This document shows, one piece after another, positions 1 through 13,708 of a stretch of DNA of 64,000 nucleotides; positions within the stretch are counted from its first letter, which is position 1, and every line of letters begins with the position of its first letter. Under the pieces are notes generated by a model. It was not told the DNA's origin. It saw only the letters and a program-made list of their open reading frames with translations, and did not search any database. This DNA is from Paramecium tetraurelia (taxonomy: Eukaryota): contig CT868055.1 of the NCBI GenBank assembly GCA_000165425.1, positions 1 to 64,000 on the forward strand, given 5' to 3'. Position numbers and translations under genes: made by a program.

Positions 1-1090
1 AATTGCAGTTAATTTTTAATTCTATGTTAGAAATCGACTTTTTTATTGTATGATATCCATTTCCTGTAAAAATAACTTAATCACCAGTAAATTCAACTGA
101 AAACATAGGCCTAGGTAAACCTCTATATTCAAGTTTCGAAGAAAATCTTATAAAATTGCAGAGAATAGGCGAAAATACTTTTGTAAAAGATTTCAGCATT
201 CGAACTTTTCTATGGTAATTTGTAGTATATCCTGCCCCCCCTATAAATTGATATTGATTTAATTTTACAATCTTTTATCTAATATTTTGTACCAACACCA
301 TTGTTATCTATAACTACTAACCATTGTAATATATATGTATTCAGAAAATCCATACCGGAAAATGGATAAAACTCTACTCGATCTGCTTGATTAGGATCGT
401 ATACATTAGAATCATAATTTGAAAGCGCTAAAATTGTGTTAGATTAAATGAAGGCTTCATCAATTCCTAAAATAATTTAAAATCCAATAGAGGTTAAATT
501 TTCTGATTTTCCAGGAGAATAGGGGGAATATATTGAAACTATATTAGGAGGTGTTAAAATAACCTATTATAAAATGAAATTTTACTGATAATTAAACCTC
601 TGTAGACCCTTTCTAACTAAAACTTGTAAGTGTAACGAAAGAAGTATCACAATTTGCGTTTGCATAATAATAACTGAGGTTCTAAGGCGGAATCAAATTA
701 AACTAACTGATAACTTATATTCTTTGATCATCAACTGCAAACCACCTTATTTTGAACCTATAGCCTTTCTCATATTCACAGTACAATCGCATAGCAAAGT
801 CTATGATCTTCAATTATACACTTACTTGTTAATGTAATGTCTGTAATGCTAAAATTGAAACCAGAATCATTATAATTTTTACCCCAATGCATCTCTATCT
901 TCTCATGAGTGATAAACACTTGCGGAATATTTGCAAATGAGTCTGAGAATGTTATTGTTGCATCATATATTGATCCTTTACTACAATTAAAATCTGGTAC
1001 AACATCCTTGTTCCAATCTAGATAATAGTTACTATCATATTTTATTGTTGCCAGCCCTATTGGGAATATCAAAAATGTAATAATCAACAT
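1..1090 (-). CDS. Secreted H-type lectin domain protein, copy A (3' end runs off the window)
   Basis: Signal-peptide-like MLIITFLIFPIGLA, then ITFSDSFANIPQVFITHEKIEM..GFNFSITDITLT|NFAMRLYCE..YRFKIRWFAV, matching the H-type lectin pattern (F...F..PPQV...D...ITDIT..GF...W.A). Three tiny introns. Inverted near-copy of 14848-15934. Confidence 0.8.
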
Positions 1091-1273
1091 AATAAAATAA
1101 TAAATTGAAAAACTAATTAAACAATGTTTTAATAGAGCTTATTTAAGAAAGATAAATATAAAAATGGATGATATTCAGTTTTACAACATAGATTAAAAGC
1201 AAATTGTAAATAATGCAGTATAATGATGTTGAAAGATAAAGTAATTAAAATAAACAGAATAATAATAAAAAAA

Positions 1274-1394
1274 GGGTTGTCAACACGAGGACTTCCCAAG
1301 CGGTCCCCCACCTTAGTACTAACCTTGCCTTAAGCCGCTTAACTTCGGAGTTCGAATGGGATCCGGTGCTTTAGACTTAGTATGGCCGACAACC
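1274..1394 (-). rRNA. 5S rRNA gene, copy 1
   Basis: Reverse complement reads GGTTGTCGGCCATAC...GATCCCATTCGAACTCCGAAGTTAAGCG...AGTACTAAGGTGGGGGACCGCTTGGGAA...GACAACCC. The ends pair (helix I) and a T-run terminator follows. Confidence 0.97.
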
Positions 1395-2076
1395 ATTATT
1401 ACAATACAATTCCTTATTTATAACTCGTTGATTAGTGAGTTAATAAACTTTTATTTTTAATTATCACCTTATTTAATAAAATACTAAATTGCAAAAATTA
1501 AGATAATTTGATTGTCTTAAGTCTTATAAAAATTATATTAAAATTTATATAAGTTAACAAATATTATTATCTAAATTTGATCCAAAAGTCAGGCTATATT
1601 AGTCCTATTCAACTTATTTTCGTTTTAAGAATGACTTCATAGATTTATTTTTTCGTTCTTTGAAATAGATAGGGGGTCTCTTTTATTATATAAAATCTCT
1701 TAAGAAAAACACTTATACATAGTTTAGATTATATCTTACTAGAAGAATTCTAATAGATTTTTATATACTTGTATACATTAGAATTATGTTAAAGGCTTAC
1801 CCGTGTAAACAAAGCATATGGATATCCTATCTAACTTTTTGTATACAATTTTTTATTTATTTTTAAAGCTTCAGCCAAATTGATTGTGGATTCTAATCAT
1901 TTTATACACCCCATTATTTAGTTTACGATAAAGTTCTCTATCCTAAATAGGAGTATTGATTCTAATTAGAAAAAACCAAAATTCTATGTCATTATTACAA
2001 TTGCAATTCTTAAAATTTTTATGCTATATTTAATTAAAATTATTTATAAAAAATGAAATATTGTTGTCTAAATTGA

Positions 2077-2806
2077 TCATAACTTTTTTTGAAGATAGTA
2101 ACACAAGGTGTTTATATCATGCTTCATAAGATATTCGCTATTGACCCATCTATTTTTTGGAACAATACCTAAAATAGAATTAGATGATAGTATTACCATT
2201 GGGTCTCTTTTGCCACAATAGATAATACATTTTATGTCCTTTATCCTTTACTTGTACAGCTTGGCCAATCTTATCCAATAGATCTCCAAACTCAAATCCG
2301 CCTTCACATTGTAATTTGATTTCAGTGTTTTTCTGGGATTATTCTGATGTGGATTCTTAAATGATTTCAGAATCCTGCTATTAATTAGGTTACAAAGTCT
2401 TTTCATTCTATTAATTAGTAGTAATTAACTAGACTAATTCATCTTGTTATTTCTTCATTAGATCTATTTCTGACTTTAATTGATCTACCTAATTTTGTAA
2501 TATTTTTATTTGTTCTTATTGGTGTTAATGCTAATTCTATTTGGATTTGCTGGGCACTCCAATAAAATCCTCTAATTGAGGTGGTTCATCATTTTGGATA
2601 TGATAAAAATTCGATCCATTATTTTTAACATTTTCTTCAAATTGGTGCAAAAATTAAGTTAAATTTGGTATCTTGTCTGGTTTCTCCCAGGTGCAATCTC
2701 TGTTATTATAGCCTTGCCATTTGACAAGATAATATTTCTAGCCATTGTATTATTTATAATCAAGTATCTACTCTATAAAATACAATCCTCTCTTTTTTCT
2801 GGACAT
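2077..2806 (-). CDS. HP1-like protein (chromodomain, coiled coil, chromoshadow-like domain)
   Basis: MSRKKRGLYFIEQILDYKQYNGQKYYLVKWQGYNNRDCTWE is a chromodomain. C-terminal YYLLWQKRPNGIVPKNRWVNSEYLMKHDINTLCYYLQKKL* is chromoshadow-like. One intron. Confidence 0.88.
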
Positions 2807-2944
2807 CAATAAATTGGTATTTTTAAATTAATTTTCAATTTATATATATATTAATATGTAAATACTCAGATCATAAGGCTTTTATGATTAGATCACTAAA
2901 AAAATTAGTTTAAATATTTGTGAGTAATAAAAGTATTATATAAT

Positions 2945-3571
2945 TCATTAATTTCTTGAATAAATATTTGGTAATAAAGTTGGATTGTTGTGATGTCTTT
3001 GCATTCTTACATATTCATCGATTTCTAATGACATTTCTTCAGATTTCAACTTGTATCCTTCAAAATCCTCATCAATAAAATTGAAGTTTGGAGACGCAAG
3101 CTATTACTATTTGACTTAGCTCAATCGCTAAACCTGAGGAAACACAAATCGTTATCTCGCTACATGATCAGAAATTGACAAACCCCTGAGTTCCTTTGGC
3201 TTTTAATCCTTGCTTCTTTTGCTTACCTTAGCATTGGGATTGTTCAGAGGACTAGCATTGTTTTCAAGTAATTGATTTACTGATACATTTAGAGGGACTG
3301 AATTCTTTTTTTTTTGTAGCGCAATACTTCCAACTACTCTTTATTAATTGCTTAGTAATCCTGGAGATTATAATTGACTTGGAGATTATTATAAAAAGTG
3401 ATTGTATCTATGTTTGGATATAGATAACTTCTTCTTTCCACTCTTCACAGGTGATGAAATGAATGCATTTCTCAGTAAATTGTCCCTATCCAAATACTCA
3501 TCATACATCAATTCCTATACTATTTTTTGAACTGATCTATTTTAGAAATTATGGGGCAATTAAAAAGTCAT
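2945..3571 (-). CDS. Hypothetical protein (~200 aa)
   Basis: Open frame under code 6 from MTFQLPHNF to ..PNIYSRNQ*, one tiny intron. Confidence 0.6.
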
Positions 3572-3588
3572 AATATATATTTAATAAA

Positions 3589-5743
3589 TCAATTTCTTTT
3601 CTTATTGAGAAGTAATATGATGTTTGTTATATTGAATTTGGTTTTATAATCTTGGAATTCTACCATTTTATCGATCTCAAATAATGAATCAAGATCCTAA
3701 AAACAATTCTGCTGTTATGGGCTGCTAGCAATTATTGAACGTTTAATGATATTATCTGGACTAGTTAGATTTCGTAAGAAAGTGCTACTAATTATAGGTT
3801 CCGTCAACTTATCCGATATAATATCAGCCTATAAAATCTCCTTGTATAAATATTTTGTAGACGGTTGTTTAGTGAGTTGATCCACTCCAATATTGGCACT
3901 GCTGATATGTTCACTTGAGTTATCAGAGAAAGCTTCGAAACTATCAGAACTCTATTCAAATACATTGTTGTTACTCGTACCTTAATAGGTAATCTAATTC
4001 ATATTTTATGATCTTACCTACTAAAATATTGCAGATCTTGACTTTTTGGTCACCTTCCGATTATATCGAGGGTCTCTTTCCTGATAGATCTAATCATAAT
4101 TGAATCTCCTCTTAATATTGAAAGAGGAACAGTTAAAGGTAGGATGAAATGAATCACAAAAATAACATCTAAAATTCAACTTAGATGTATCATTGTTAAA
4201 TATTATGTCATCTTTTATCATCTGAAAAACTTCCTATATTATTATTGCAATGATACCCTTTCTTTCGATTGCTGCAAAATACTAATAAGAATTTGTTTCT
4301 CAATGAAAAAATACAGCACCTCTTTGGAATCGGTTTGCTCTAATTTTACTCTCCCTTGCTATTGATTGTTGATGATTTCAGTCAAACTTAATTCTATAAC
4401 TTTTTGGCTTAATAACTTAATGTGAAATCCCATAAATTCCGCATAAATGTTGCCATTAAGGATTATATATAACCCATCGATCTCCGTACTGCAGATCGAT
4501 TTATAACTTATAAGATAATCACATTTAAAGACTGGCTCTAAATCAAGGATCCATTTTGACTTATTAAATTTAAAGTGCTCGAGGATAAAAATTTAATTTT
4601 TGATAACTCTTGTTTGATCAGTTTCTGTTTCAGATAATTTGAAACCTTATTGATTCTTGACTCCTACTAAATTGTTTGATCTTCCTCCAGGATTTCAAAA
4701 ATTTTTGAGTAATGAATTATAATCAGCTTGCATCTGAAACATATGAGCTATGATTGAAGATAAAGTCGGAATGAGTCTAATAATTATTGATGTTTGGATT
4801 TTTCACTGGTACCCATTAATAGACACTTTAGTATGTATAAAATCAACCCTGCATTAAAAGTAACATTCAATATCATTAACAATTCATTTTCGACCTCCAT
4901 TTCTTCAACTTTCAATAATGATATGAAAAATGCTCTATAAATGGCTTCTTAATATGAAATAAATTCCTAGTTCCTCTCCTGATATTCTATTCTCCACATA
5001 CTACCAAATAGATGAAGTGAAAAATAGATACACGTTAGGATTTTGAAATATTGTTACTGTCTATGAATGATAAATGTAAAAATATACTCATAATTCAAGA
5101 AAGTAAGCAATTTACCAAAATATTTTGATTATTTTAAAATTTCCAACAAACAAGTAAATTGACAAGATCCCAAATGCTAATGAGTTTTCCATGATAGAAC
5201 AAATTGTATAAACTACCAGATTTATAACCTATACAACAGGTAGTTACCTCATCTAATGTTTTAGACTCTAGGAGTACAGTTTAAGTAAAAGTGAGACTAT
5301 TTCAAACGAGATAATCAAAATAGTAATTGCCACTTTTAATTGTGTTGATTTATATCTTTATAATTACAATGATCTTACTTATATTCTTCAAAATAAATGG
5401 ATGGTAAAATAAATGATAGGACTAGTAAAATTGATTTTATTAAATCAGAAAAAATAAATTTTGCTATCCAAAAATTTTCATTTCTCAATAGTTATTAGTC
5501 CCCGTCATTTTGTTTACAATTTTATTGCAATTCGGATAATTTTATTAGATTTTCAGGAATTTCATTCTTTTCACTCTCAGTATCACTGTATTTTCCTATC
5601 GAATGTTAGATCATTCGATCCGTTCCTTATTGCAATTTGTAATGGCTGGCATTGCAGGATTAAAATGAGGGCCAATTCATTGAAACATCATTTGAAGGAT
5701 ATTTAAGTGGTTTATTCCTTTCTAAAGAAATAATATTGTTCAT
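3589..5743 (-). CDS. Ciliate cation-channel family protein with degenerate cyclic-nucleotide-binding domain
   Basis: Hydrophobic N-terminal half, GLYIILNGNI (CNBD-like strand), FQMIKDDIIFNN..CYFCDSFH..C and terminal FEIDKMVEFQDYKTKFNITNII, typical of ciliate CNBD-channel paralogs. Start uncertain (5743 or 5840). Confidence 0.65.
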
Positions 5744-6129
5744 TTCTTGTTTTAAGTATAATATAATTACTCTGGATTATTCTCAAGAATTCCAAATTAA
5801 ATAATTATTAATCATATAGATATTTAATAAACCAATACATATGGCGAATTCTTTTATGTCAATTTTTGGCTCTGTTAATCGAAAAATAGTTTTTGTAAAT
5901 AAACCATTTATTAAAAAATATTACATTTGTTGTTGAAATTATATTTAAAATCAATTTTAACAAAATAATCAACTTAGAATTATTAGATTATCTAAATATT
6001 GATAAGTACAAAAGTATTAAATTCATATTTTTATAATTTATTCGTTTCTAACTTCATAATGTGCTAAAAAAAGATAATTTTATCACATCATCAAAAGTTT
6101 TGATGTTGAAAACATATTTAGTAAAAATC

Positions 6130-8282
6130 ATGTTGCAAGACGCTTACGATTTAGGTTAATAAAAATTAATATATCCTTAAGATAAGAAAATAGCATTAAA
6201 TTTTAGATCATTTTATTGTGAATATAACAATATTCATAAATCAAAATGAAAAATTTAGAATAAGAAAATGAAAAACTTCGAAAGGCTATAAAAGATAAAA
6301 AGCAACAAATATCTGAAGCAAATACGACGATACTACAATATCAAAATAGTATTGAAGAATATGATCAAGAAAAATAAACAATTATACAGGATATAAATGA
6401 GTTAATCAATAAAAAAGATAAAAATTTTGATAAGAGAATTAAGGGAATTATAGAAAGACTTCCTTGCTAGATAGAACAGAAAAGTTTATAATATTTGACA
6501 AAATCTATTATAAATAAAGGATTGAATGTGTTGAATGATCTGAATATTGCCTATAAGAATGCCTACAAAGAAGAATACAATAAGTCTTAAGATGCAAAAC
6601 CCTAACCCTTAATAGAATCATATTTTATAATTATACTTAAGCATAAGGATATTACGGATCTGTAGAAAGAGGAGACAATATTGAAGCCGAAGTTTTTATA
6701 TCAACTATGCAATTCAGGGTGGACATCAAAAGAAAGAGAAAGCTGGGTTGACTACTAAAAGGATATAATAACTCATTTCGATAATAATTATGTTGTTGTA
6801 GAAAGACTAGATGATATTTCAAAAATATAGAATTTAATTACTAAGTATAAAATCAAAAATAATTTAGGTGTCTAAATAAATAAGATGTGTTATAAGAAAA
6901 CTCTTTTATTTTTAATCTCCAAGGTTCATCATTTGATGAGTAGGTGCCAAAAAATATTGAATTGTTAGCAAGTGTTAACCCAAACAAATAATTGTTCGCC
7001 TTTGTCTAGGGTGTTGATGATTATATTACAAGTTTTTCAGATGAAGGGTTTTCTTATTGGCCGTGTAAAAAGTACTATTGTTTTTTGACATATTTTCCAA
7101 TCCCTGAAATATTTGATCAACTTTTAAAATTCGCATCCAGTATTTAAGTTTTATATCATATTTAGACTTAATTTAAGCATCTAGATTGGAGGCAATTATA
7201 AAATATTAAGACTATATAAATTAAAGATTGTAAATGACATTAGAGGAGAAAAATGAATATAACTAAAAAATATATTAGGATATAGATGCAGTTAATATTC
7301 ATTATGTATTTACAAATTTTAATTTTAGAGAGTAGAAAGTATTATGGAAGAGTGTATCAAATTATTAATGGGCTAATATCTCGATTTTGATAAACCAAGC
7401 ATAAATGTGGACTTGTAAAGTAAGTTACCTAATACCTTCAATGTTACACAAAAAACACTAATTTATTCCTTACCAATCTAATAAAGGAATATGAATATTC
7501 CTGAAAACCTTAAACAAATAAGGTATGAAATAGTAAAAAATAATAACATTAAATATGCTCATGTTGTGCAACAGATCTTCAACTTTGATACCTTTATTAA
7601 AATCTTTCAGGAGATCTTAAAAGAAGGAAATATTGTATTCTACTGCCAAAATCTCTATATTTTAACCTCTGTTTGTTACTTCTTTCATTAAATAATTTAT
7701 CCCTTCATATGGTTTGATGCAGCAATATACTATTCAAATCGAGAGAAATTAAACATATTGGTTGAAAAAGGTAGGTTTATAATAGGAATTAATACAACTT
7801 TTTATAATAATAAAGCAAACTAAAAAATAATTGAATCTAAAAATTTGATGATTGTAGATTTAAAAATCAAATAGGAAAAAGAGGGCTTCAAAGTTTAGCC
7901 GATCATACACTAAAATAAGCCTGGCAACATTGGGTTTTCAGTATTGACAAGGCAATTTTTTTAAATCAAATAACTTTTGAAAGATGAAAATGTTCCAGCT
8001 TCTATTTTCTAATATTGTATCGATGCAAATCAAGCCGCTAAATGTAGAGATTTCTTAGAATGCATGATGAAATTGATTTAGAATTGGTTGATTGACAGAA
8101 TTGTGCCAGATGCAGATCCCGATTTTACAATGGGCGGGTGGAATGATGGATTTATAAAATAAGTGGTTAAAAATAGGCTTAAGGATGATAAAGATATAGA
8201 CTTTATTTTGGAATATATTTACATTTCCAATTATTTTTAAAAGTATTTGAAATCGAAATACAATTATAATGATCCTAATTGA
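6130..8282 (+). CDS. DENN-domain protein with N-terminal coiled coil
   Basis: FIKIFQEILKEGNIVFYCQNLYILTSVCYFFHQIIYPFIW...FIIGI resembles the cDENN core. Start approximate. Confidence 0.7.
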
Positions 8283-8313
8283 ATATTAAAAATAATTAAT
8301 ATAAATATTAATA

Positions 8314-8646
8314 ATGAATTCTGAAAAAGATTTCCAATATGACATCCATGATGTATAAAATATTAAAACTGCCTTTTTGGATTTATAACAGGAAGAGAGC
8401 ACTGGATTTAAATTGGGATTAGGAGCTGCTATTTTCTCTTACTTTGCATTAAGAAGATTTACATATTTAAGGACAGGACCAAGGTATTGATATTGATTGC
8501 ACTATTTAAGATTCGTCGGATCAATGATCTTTGGCTCTTAAGTATATGGCTTCTACACCCATAGATCTAGAGCATATTATGATTATGTGGCTCAATAAGT
8601 AAATTTGCATGCATCCGAAGCAATTAATCAATGCCTTGGACATTGA
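8314..8646 (+). CDS. Small (~100 aa) two-helix membrane protein
   Basis: MNSEKDFQYD..GFKLGLGAAIFSYFALRR..FVGSMIFGSQVYGFY..CLGH*, one 27-nt intron. Confidence 0.7.
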
Positions 8647-8702
8647 CTATACGATCATTTATCAATATAAAATACAAAATAACATATCTATTGTATCCTG
8701 AA

Positions 8703-9622
8703 TCATAATAAAAACTCAAAGTCAGAATTCTTTATTCCATCTCCAAAATAAGCATATCCAAATGTATAGTCATTGTTATAAGTGACATAGCCTGGCCAAA
8801 TCAAATTCCTTAATGTTATCTGATTCTCATAATAAATAGAATTACATTTCTTTGTGTTGAATCTGCTTGCAAAGACCATTATTGATTAGGAGTGTCATCC
8901 ACTAAAGAGTCCAAGAAATCTTCCCTATACAGAGCCTCATCACGAGCTTTATGATACAATTTCAATTCTACCTATTAAGTCCTGCTTATCCTTCCTTGTG
9001 GGAACTCTAAAATGTTAATAATTTTTTAATTCAGCTTTCACTCCCTTAAATGCCTTTCTGATTAATTCGTGAGTAGGTGTCAAACGGTAGGATCCCACAG
9101 GTATTGATGCACAATTGAATTCAACCTACTAAACAACATAAGACAGTCTTTCTAATTCTGAAAAGTGTTTAGCTGGCAGTTACGCAGGGATGTCCAGAGA
9201 ATCCTCAAAATTGATCTCCTCTTCTGTCTTGAACACAATATGTTCATGCTAACCTGTAAAGGGCTCTCTTAAGTTGTCTGCTCTTGATGCATATTCTTCG
9301 TTATATTTTGGTAACTCAGCAAAGTGATAATTATTCGAACTAAATACATTCATCTCTAATTGCATACCTCCAATAGAATTTTTTTAATGGGAACTCGTAT
9401 TACCCTTTATATTGAATTCCCATCGCTATATAATAGTCTTTTTCTACTCCTTCCACTCTTCCCCAAAACAATACTTCATCAAATGTATAATGCTCTTGAA
9501 TCTTTAGAATTGCCAATTTTAGTTTTATTCTACCCTTAATATTTCAACCTATACCTTTCTTCCATATTCAAAGTCTACCCTATCTATTAAATGAATTTCA
9601 AGTCATTAAAGGAGATATCCAT
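8703..9622 (-). CDS. RSPH9: Radial spoke head protein 9
   Basis: LFWGRVEGVEKDYYIA, ELERLSYVV..ASIPVGSY, LRNLIWPGY..FGYAYFGDGIKNSD motifs. Confidence 0.9.
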
Positions 9623-9822
9623 TAAAATAAATAATAAAATATTATATAATATATTTAGTTTGTGAGAGCTTCAAGTGTTTTTAAGATAGCCTCTATGATG
9701 AATGATTAGTCATATCTTAGTTATCACACGGACTCATTAAGGAATGATTATATTGTATAGATTAAATTTGAGATATTTAGATTTGTTTTAATTACCGAAA
9801 AAGATTTGTATTAATAATTAAT

Positions 9823-10778
9823 ATGGCCACCAAAAGAAAGTATTTAAGGAATGTAGTTGATAACTAAAAGCCTGAAGAGAACGTCATCAGAGTGACAAAT
9901 CGTGTCTAATCATCAAACTATGTTAGAAGAGCTTTGTGGCTATTCTAAGGGACTCGTAAAGAAAATCAACCACCTGCCTTCGATACTGTAATTATAACTG
10001 CTATTGATAACGCTATTACAAAGGCGATTATTATATCTGAAGTTGTAAGAAGAAGAATAGCTGGCTTATACTAAATTAATACCATTAAATAGGTTGAAAT
10101 CAATGAAGTTTATGAACCACTGGAGGAAGGACTAGTGACTGTTAATGTTTCTAGAAAATTAGCATCTTTCTAGATTAAATTAACTAAGACACCAACTGAA
10201 CAAGAAAGAAAAGAACCAGGATTTCATGTAATGAATTAAAAATTATAATAAAGGAACTTTTACCACCTGATCAAATTTAAACAACTAGACCTGAAAGATA
10301 AAGATCTCCAAGAGGAAATAGAAGCAAATCAGATAACAGAAGAAATTACAGCAATAGAAGAGATGATAGAGATGACAATAGAGTTAATAGAAGAGATAAT
10401 AGAAGAGATAATAGAGATGATAATAGAAGAGATAATAGAGATGATAGAAGAGACAAAAGAGGTGATAGAAGAGATAACAGAGATAATAGAAGAGATAATA
10501 GAGATAACAGAGATAACAGAGATGATAGAAGAGATAACAGAGATAACAGAGATGATAGAAGAGATAATAGAGATAACAGGGATAACAGAGGTAACAGAGA
10601 TAATAGAGATAACAGAGATAATAGAGACAATAGAGATCATAGAGATAACAGAGACAATAGAGACAATAGAGATCATAGAGATAATAGAGAGAAGAGAGAT
10701 AATAGAGATAATAGAGAAAGAGATAACAAAGAAGGTGGCCAACAAAAAACAAGGGGTGGGGTTAAATAATAATAATGA
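9823..10778 (+). CDS. Alba/Rpp25-like nucleic-acid-binding protein with (RDN)n tail
   Basis: VIITAIDNAITKAIIISEVVRRRIAGLYQIN..EVYEPLEEGL..PGF is an Alba-domain pattern. One intron. Tail of RD[N/D/H] repeats. Confidence 0.88.
10355..10730 (+). repeat. Coding tandem repeat of AGAGATAAY (9/12-nt units; Arg-Asp-Asn)
   Basis: Directly visible. Variation falls mainly at third codon positions in the RDN frame. Confidence 0.95.
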
Positions 10779-10936
10779 GTTCATTAAAAAGATATAGCAG
10801 AATCACAGTCTCATCATTTCTCCCTTTCTCCTTTATTAACATTTAAACTAAATGTTTTAAATTACTTTCTCCTATTATATCTTAGAGTCTTAAAAATATA
10901 TAAAATGTATTAACATATGTGTTAATATATAATATC

Positions 10937-12502
10937 TCAAATACCTTTCTCTTTTTCTTTGGTTTCCTATTCTGACTTAATTTTGTCAATTAATTCATGA
11001 AATCTTTTTATTTTTTCAATATAGTCAAAGTAATCTCCTTTCTACCTCTTAAAGTTCACGCATATAATATTCTTCCTGGTTTCTAATTGTGCTATTTCAG
11101 CTTTCAGAATTGTTGGTGTTTCACTTTCAATTATTAACTATAATAATCTAAGAATACTTACACTAAACTCATATTTTTCTGATTCTTTCTAGATTTTTAA
11201 ATTATATTCATTATCCTCTAATTATTTTTTTAGCAAATCCATGAATAAATTTGGATTTATACTGATTAAATAACTATCAGATCTTATTAAATCAACCTAA
11301 AATTATATTAAAAAAAAATACAGGTATTAATTTTATAGAAATATTCTAAATTTACTCTATCTCCTAATTTTCTTATTCATCTGAATCTGATCTAAACTAC
11401 CCCAATCCTCCTTATACTAAAAATCACTATTATTATACATATTGATTTATCATTGCTGATAATATTTTTCCCTTTATTAATTTAGCGAGTTAAGGTTTCT
11501 TTTATAATGCATTATTCAATCTTTTTTTACTTTGAAGAAAACTCTCTAACCATCTCTTCTGTGAATTCAGAATTACACTAAGTCCATGGGTGATTATAAA
11601 CTTCACTTAAGGAGAGTCTATTTTTTGGACTATCTGTCAACATTCCTTGTATAAGGTCCCTAATGTAAATAGTTAAAATGATAAAAAACTTAAAGTCATC
11701 AGTGAAAGCAACATTTTGATTATCGATTTACATTAGTTTCCAGATTGCTTGGGGTGCAGTTTGAAATCCTGAAAAATTTGGATTTGTCTTCTCAGTGTTG
11801 GAGAATATAGGTCTTCCAACCATCAATATAAACAAGATCATTCCTAGTGCAAATATATCTTTGCTTTATTCATAATTGTTGTTCTCCTTAGCCCATGATG
11901 GAGACTCAAAAGCTATATACTGTTTAAGATTGTTTTTACAATATTTTTTTTTTCTTATCTAATTCAGTCCTAACTCTCCAATTTTAATGGTTTTAGCATC
12001 AGTAAAAAAAATGACTTCTGCTGTCAACTCTCCATGATATATTCCTTACTTATGAATTGAGATCAATCCTTTAAATTATTAGTTTTATTACCATCAACAA
12101 GTTATTTAAAATAGTGTCTGGCTTGTGCTTCATGAAATTTTCCTGTTTAGAATAAGTATTCAAACAGTTCCCCTCCCTTTGGATATTCATATATAACACA
12201 TGATCTAGACATTGTGGTGCTATTTTTTTTCTTATTGTCATTATATAAACTATACTGTGTAGATTCCTTCATTTCTAATTTATATGATCTTAAGAATGGA
12301 AGGATGCTCTAAGTTTTGGATAATTTATAATTGTTAAAGTTAATCTCTCAAGCTGACATCGAAAAAATTGAGCAAAAAGTATTGCCCTTGATTATTTTTC
12401 CCTATTTTCACTTTGTACTATTAATGATAGTCATCCTTGTACCTCCTTGCAACCAAAATAATGTTAAATCTCAAATTCATCATATTTTGCTTTTGTTTAC
12501 AT
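10937..12502 (-). CDS. CAMK/SNF1-like pseudokinase
   Basis: LEHPSILKI, YEYPKGGELFEYL..FHEAQARHYFKQL, DIFALGMILFILMVG are kinase-fold motifs. Catalytic motifs are replaced (HGELTAE for HRDLKPE, ELG for DFG). Confidence 0.85.
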
Positions 12503-12607
12503 TAGTTGTTTAAACAAAAATTATAAAATCAATAAAATTCTTTTCTTATTTCCCTCGCTTAATATCAAAAAATATATAATAAACTTTATATCGTCTCAAT
12601 AGTTACA

Positions 12608-13708
12608 ATGATGAATAATAAATTTAGAATTTATATTTTTAGTATTAAACATATATATAGGATTGTTAATTGATATAAATCAAGTTTCTAGTAATTAAAT
12701 TTTAGACTAAGGAACAAAACGAAAAATTAAGAGTTTTTAGACAGTTCTCAATAATATTGAATAAATTCTCTATAAGCAAATATTTTTTGCTATAAAGTAC
12801 TTAATTTAAATAATTTTTATCCTCGATCTTTCGGTTTCATGCAAAGACTATATAATTTTGAGGATGGTAGTGTATATGAGGGATAATGGTCGAATAATAA
12901 ATAGAATGGGCAAGGTAAATAGATCTATCCTGACAGCAGTTCTTATGATGGGAATTGGAGTAATGGCATGAAGAATGGGAAAGGAATTTACAATTTTTCT
13001 GATGGTAGTTAGTATTCTGGAATGTGGAAGGATGATCAAAAGCATGGTTTAGGGAAATATAAATATAAAGATGGGAGTTATTACGATGGAGAATGGCAAA
13101 AGAATGTTTAACAAGGAGATGGAAAGTTTGTCAATGTTGATAATAGCCAATATGAAGGGTAATGGGTTAACGGAAAGAAACATGGGCATGGCAGATACTA
13201 TTATGTTGATGGAAGCTTTTATGAAGGAAAATGGGAAAATGGTTAAAAGAATGGATTGGGAAAGATGTAATATAAAAATGGAAGTTTTTATAAAGGATTA
13301 TGGAAGAATGATCAAAAGAACGGAAAAGGAATCTATAAATAATTAGATCGAAGTTGTTATGAAGGGGAGTGGTTGAATAATAAGTAAAATGGTTTTGGTA
13401 AACAAACTTATTAAGATGGGAGTATTTATGAGGGGGATTGGATTGATGCTTAGAAAAATGGGAATGGCAAATATAAATATCCTGATGGTAGTTACTATAA
13501 TGGATAATGGAAGGATGGGTTCAAGCATGGGTTTGGAAAATATAAATTTACTGATGGCAGTTCATATGAAGGTGAATGGGTAAATAACGTACAACACGGA
13601 TAAGGAGTCTTCATATAGCAAGGAGTATTTTAAAAAGGCATTTGGTTTAATGGAATGTTAACCGATATTATTAGTTGTGTTACATCTAGAAATAGCATAG
13701 AACTTTGA
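12608..13708 (+). CDS. MORN-repeat protein
   Basis: About 11 repeats of DGSxYxGxWxNxxKxGxGKY (23 aa period). Start approximate. Confidence 0.9.

Larger units (their letters stand above)
1..1422 (-). repeat. Inverted duplication of the 5S+lectin cassette (pairs with 14518-15934)
   Basis: Reverse complement of 1-320 equals ~15615-15934 with one synonymous change. The spacer, 5S gene and 28-nt 5' flank are also shared. Confidence 0.95.

Noticed and set aside
1129..1311. 60-aa ORF MGDRLGSPRVDN
   Set aside because: It starts inside the 5S rRNA gene and is spurious.
1520..1995. Possible small minus-strand gene (LESTINLAEALKINKK..)
   Set aside because: I could not build a consistent start, intron and stop model.
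6596..6610. Telomere-like AAACCCTAACCC
   Set aside because: Only two units, inside the DENN coding frame.
9690..9775. Box C (ATGATGA) snoRNA candidate between RSPH9 and Alba
   Set aside because: No CTGA box D (only TTGA) and no recognisable rRNA guide.
10329..10797. Four overlapping low-complexity ORFs (IISS, LLSLL, IEEI, LYYL)
   Set aside because: They are alternative frames of the RDN repeat of the Alba gene.
12850..13620. Regularly spaced repeats resembling an array or CRISPR
   Set aside because: The 69-nt period corresponds to 23-aa MORN repeats, degenerate at the DNA level.
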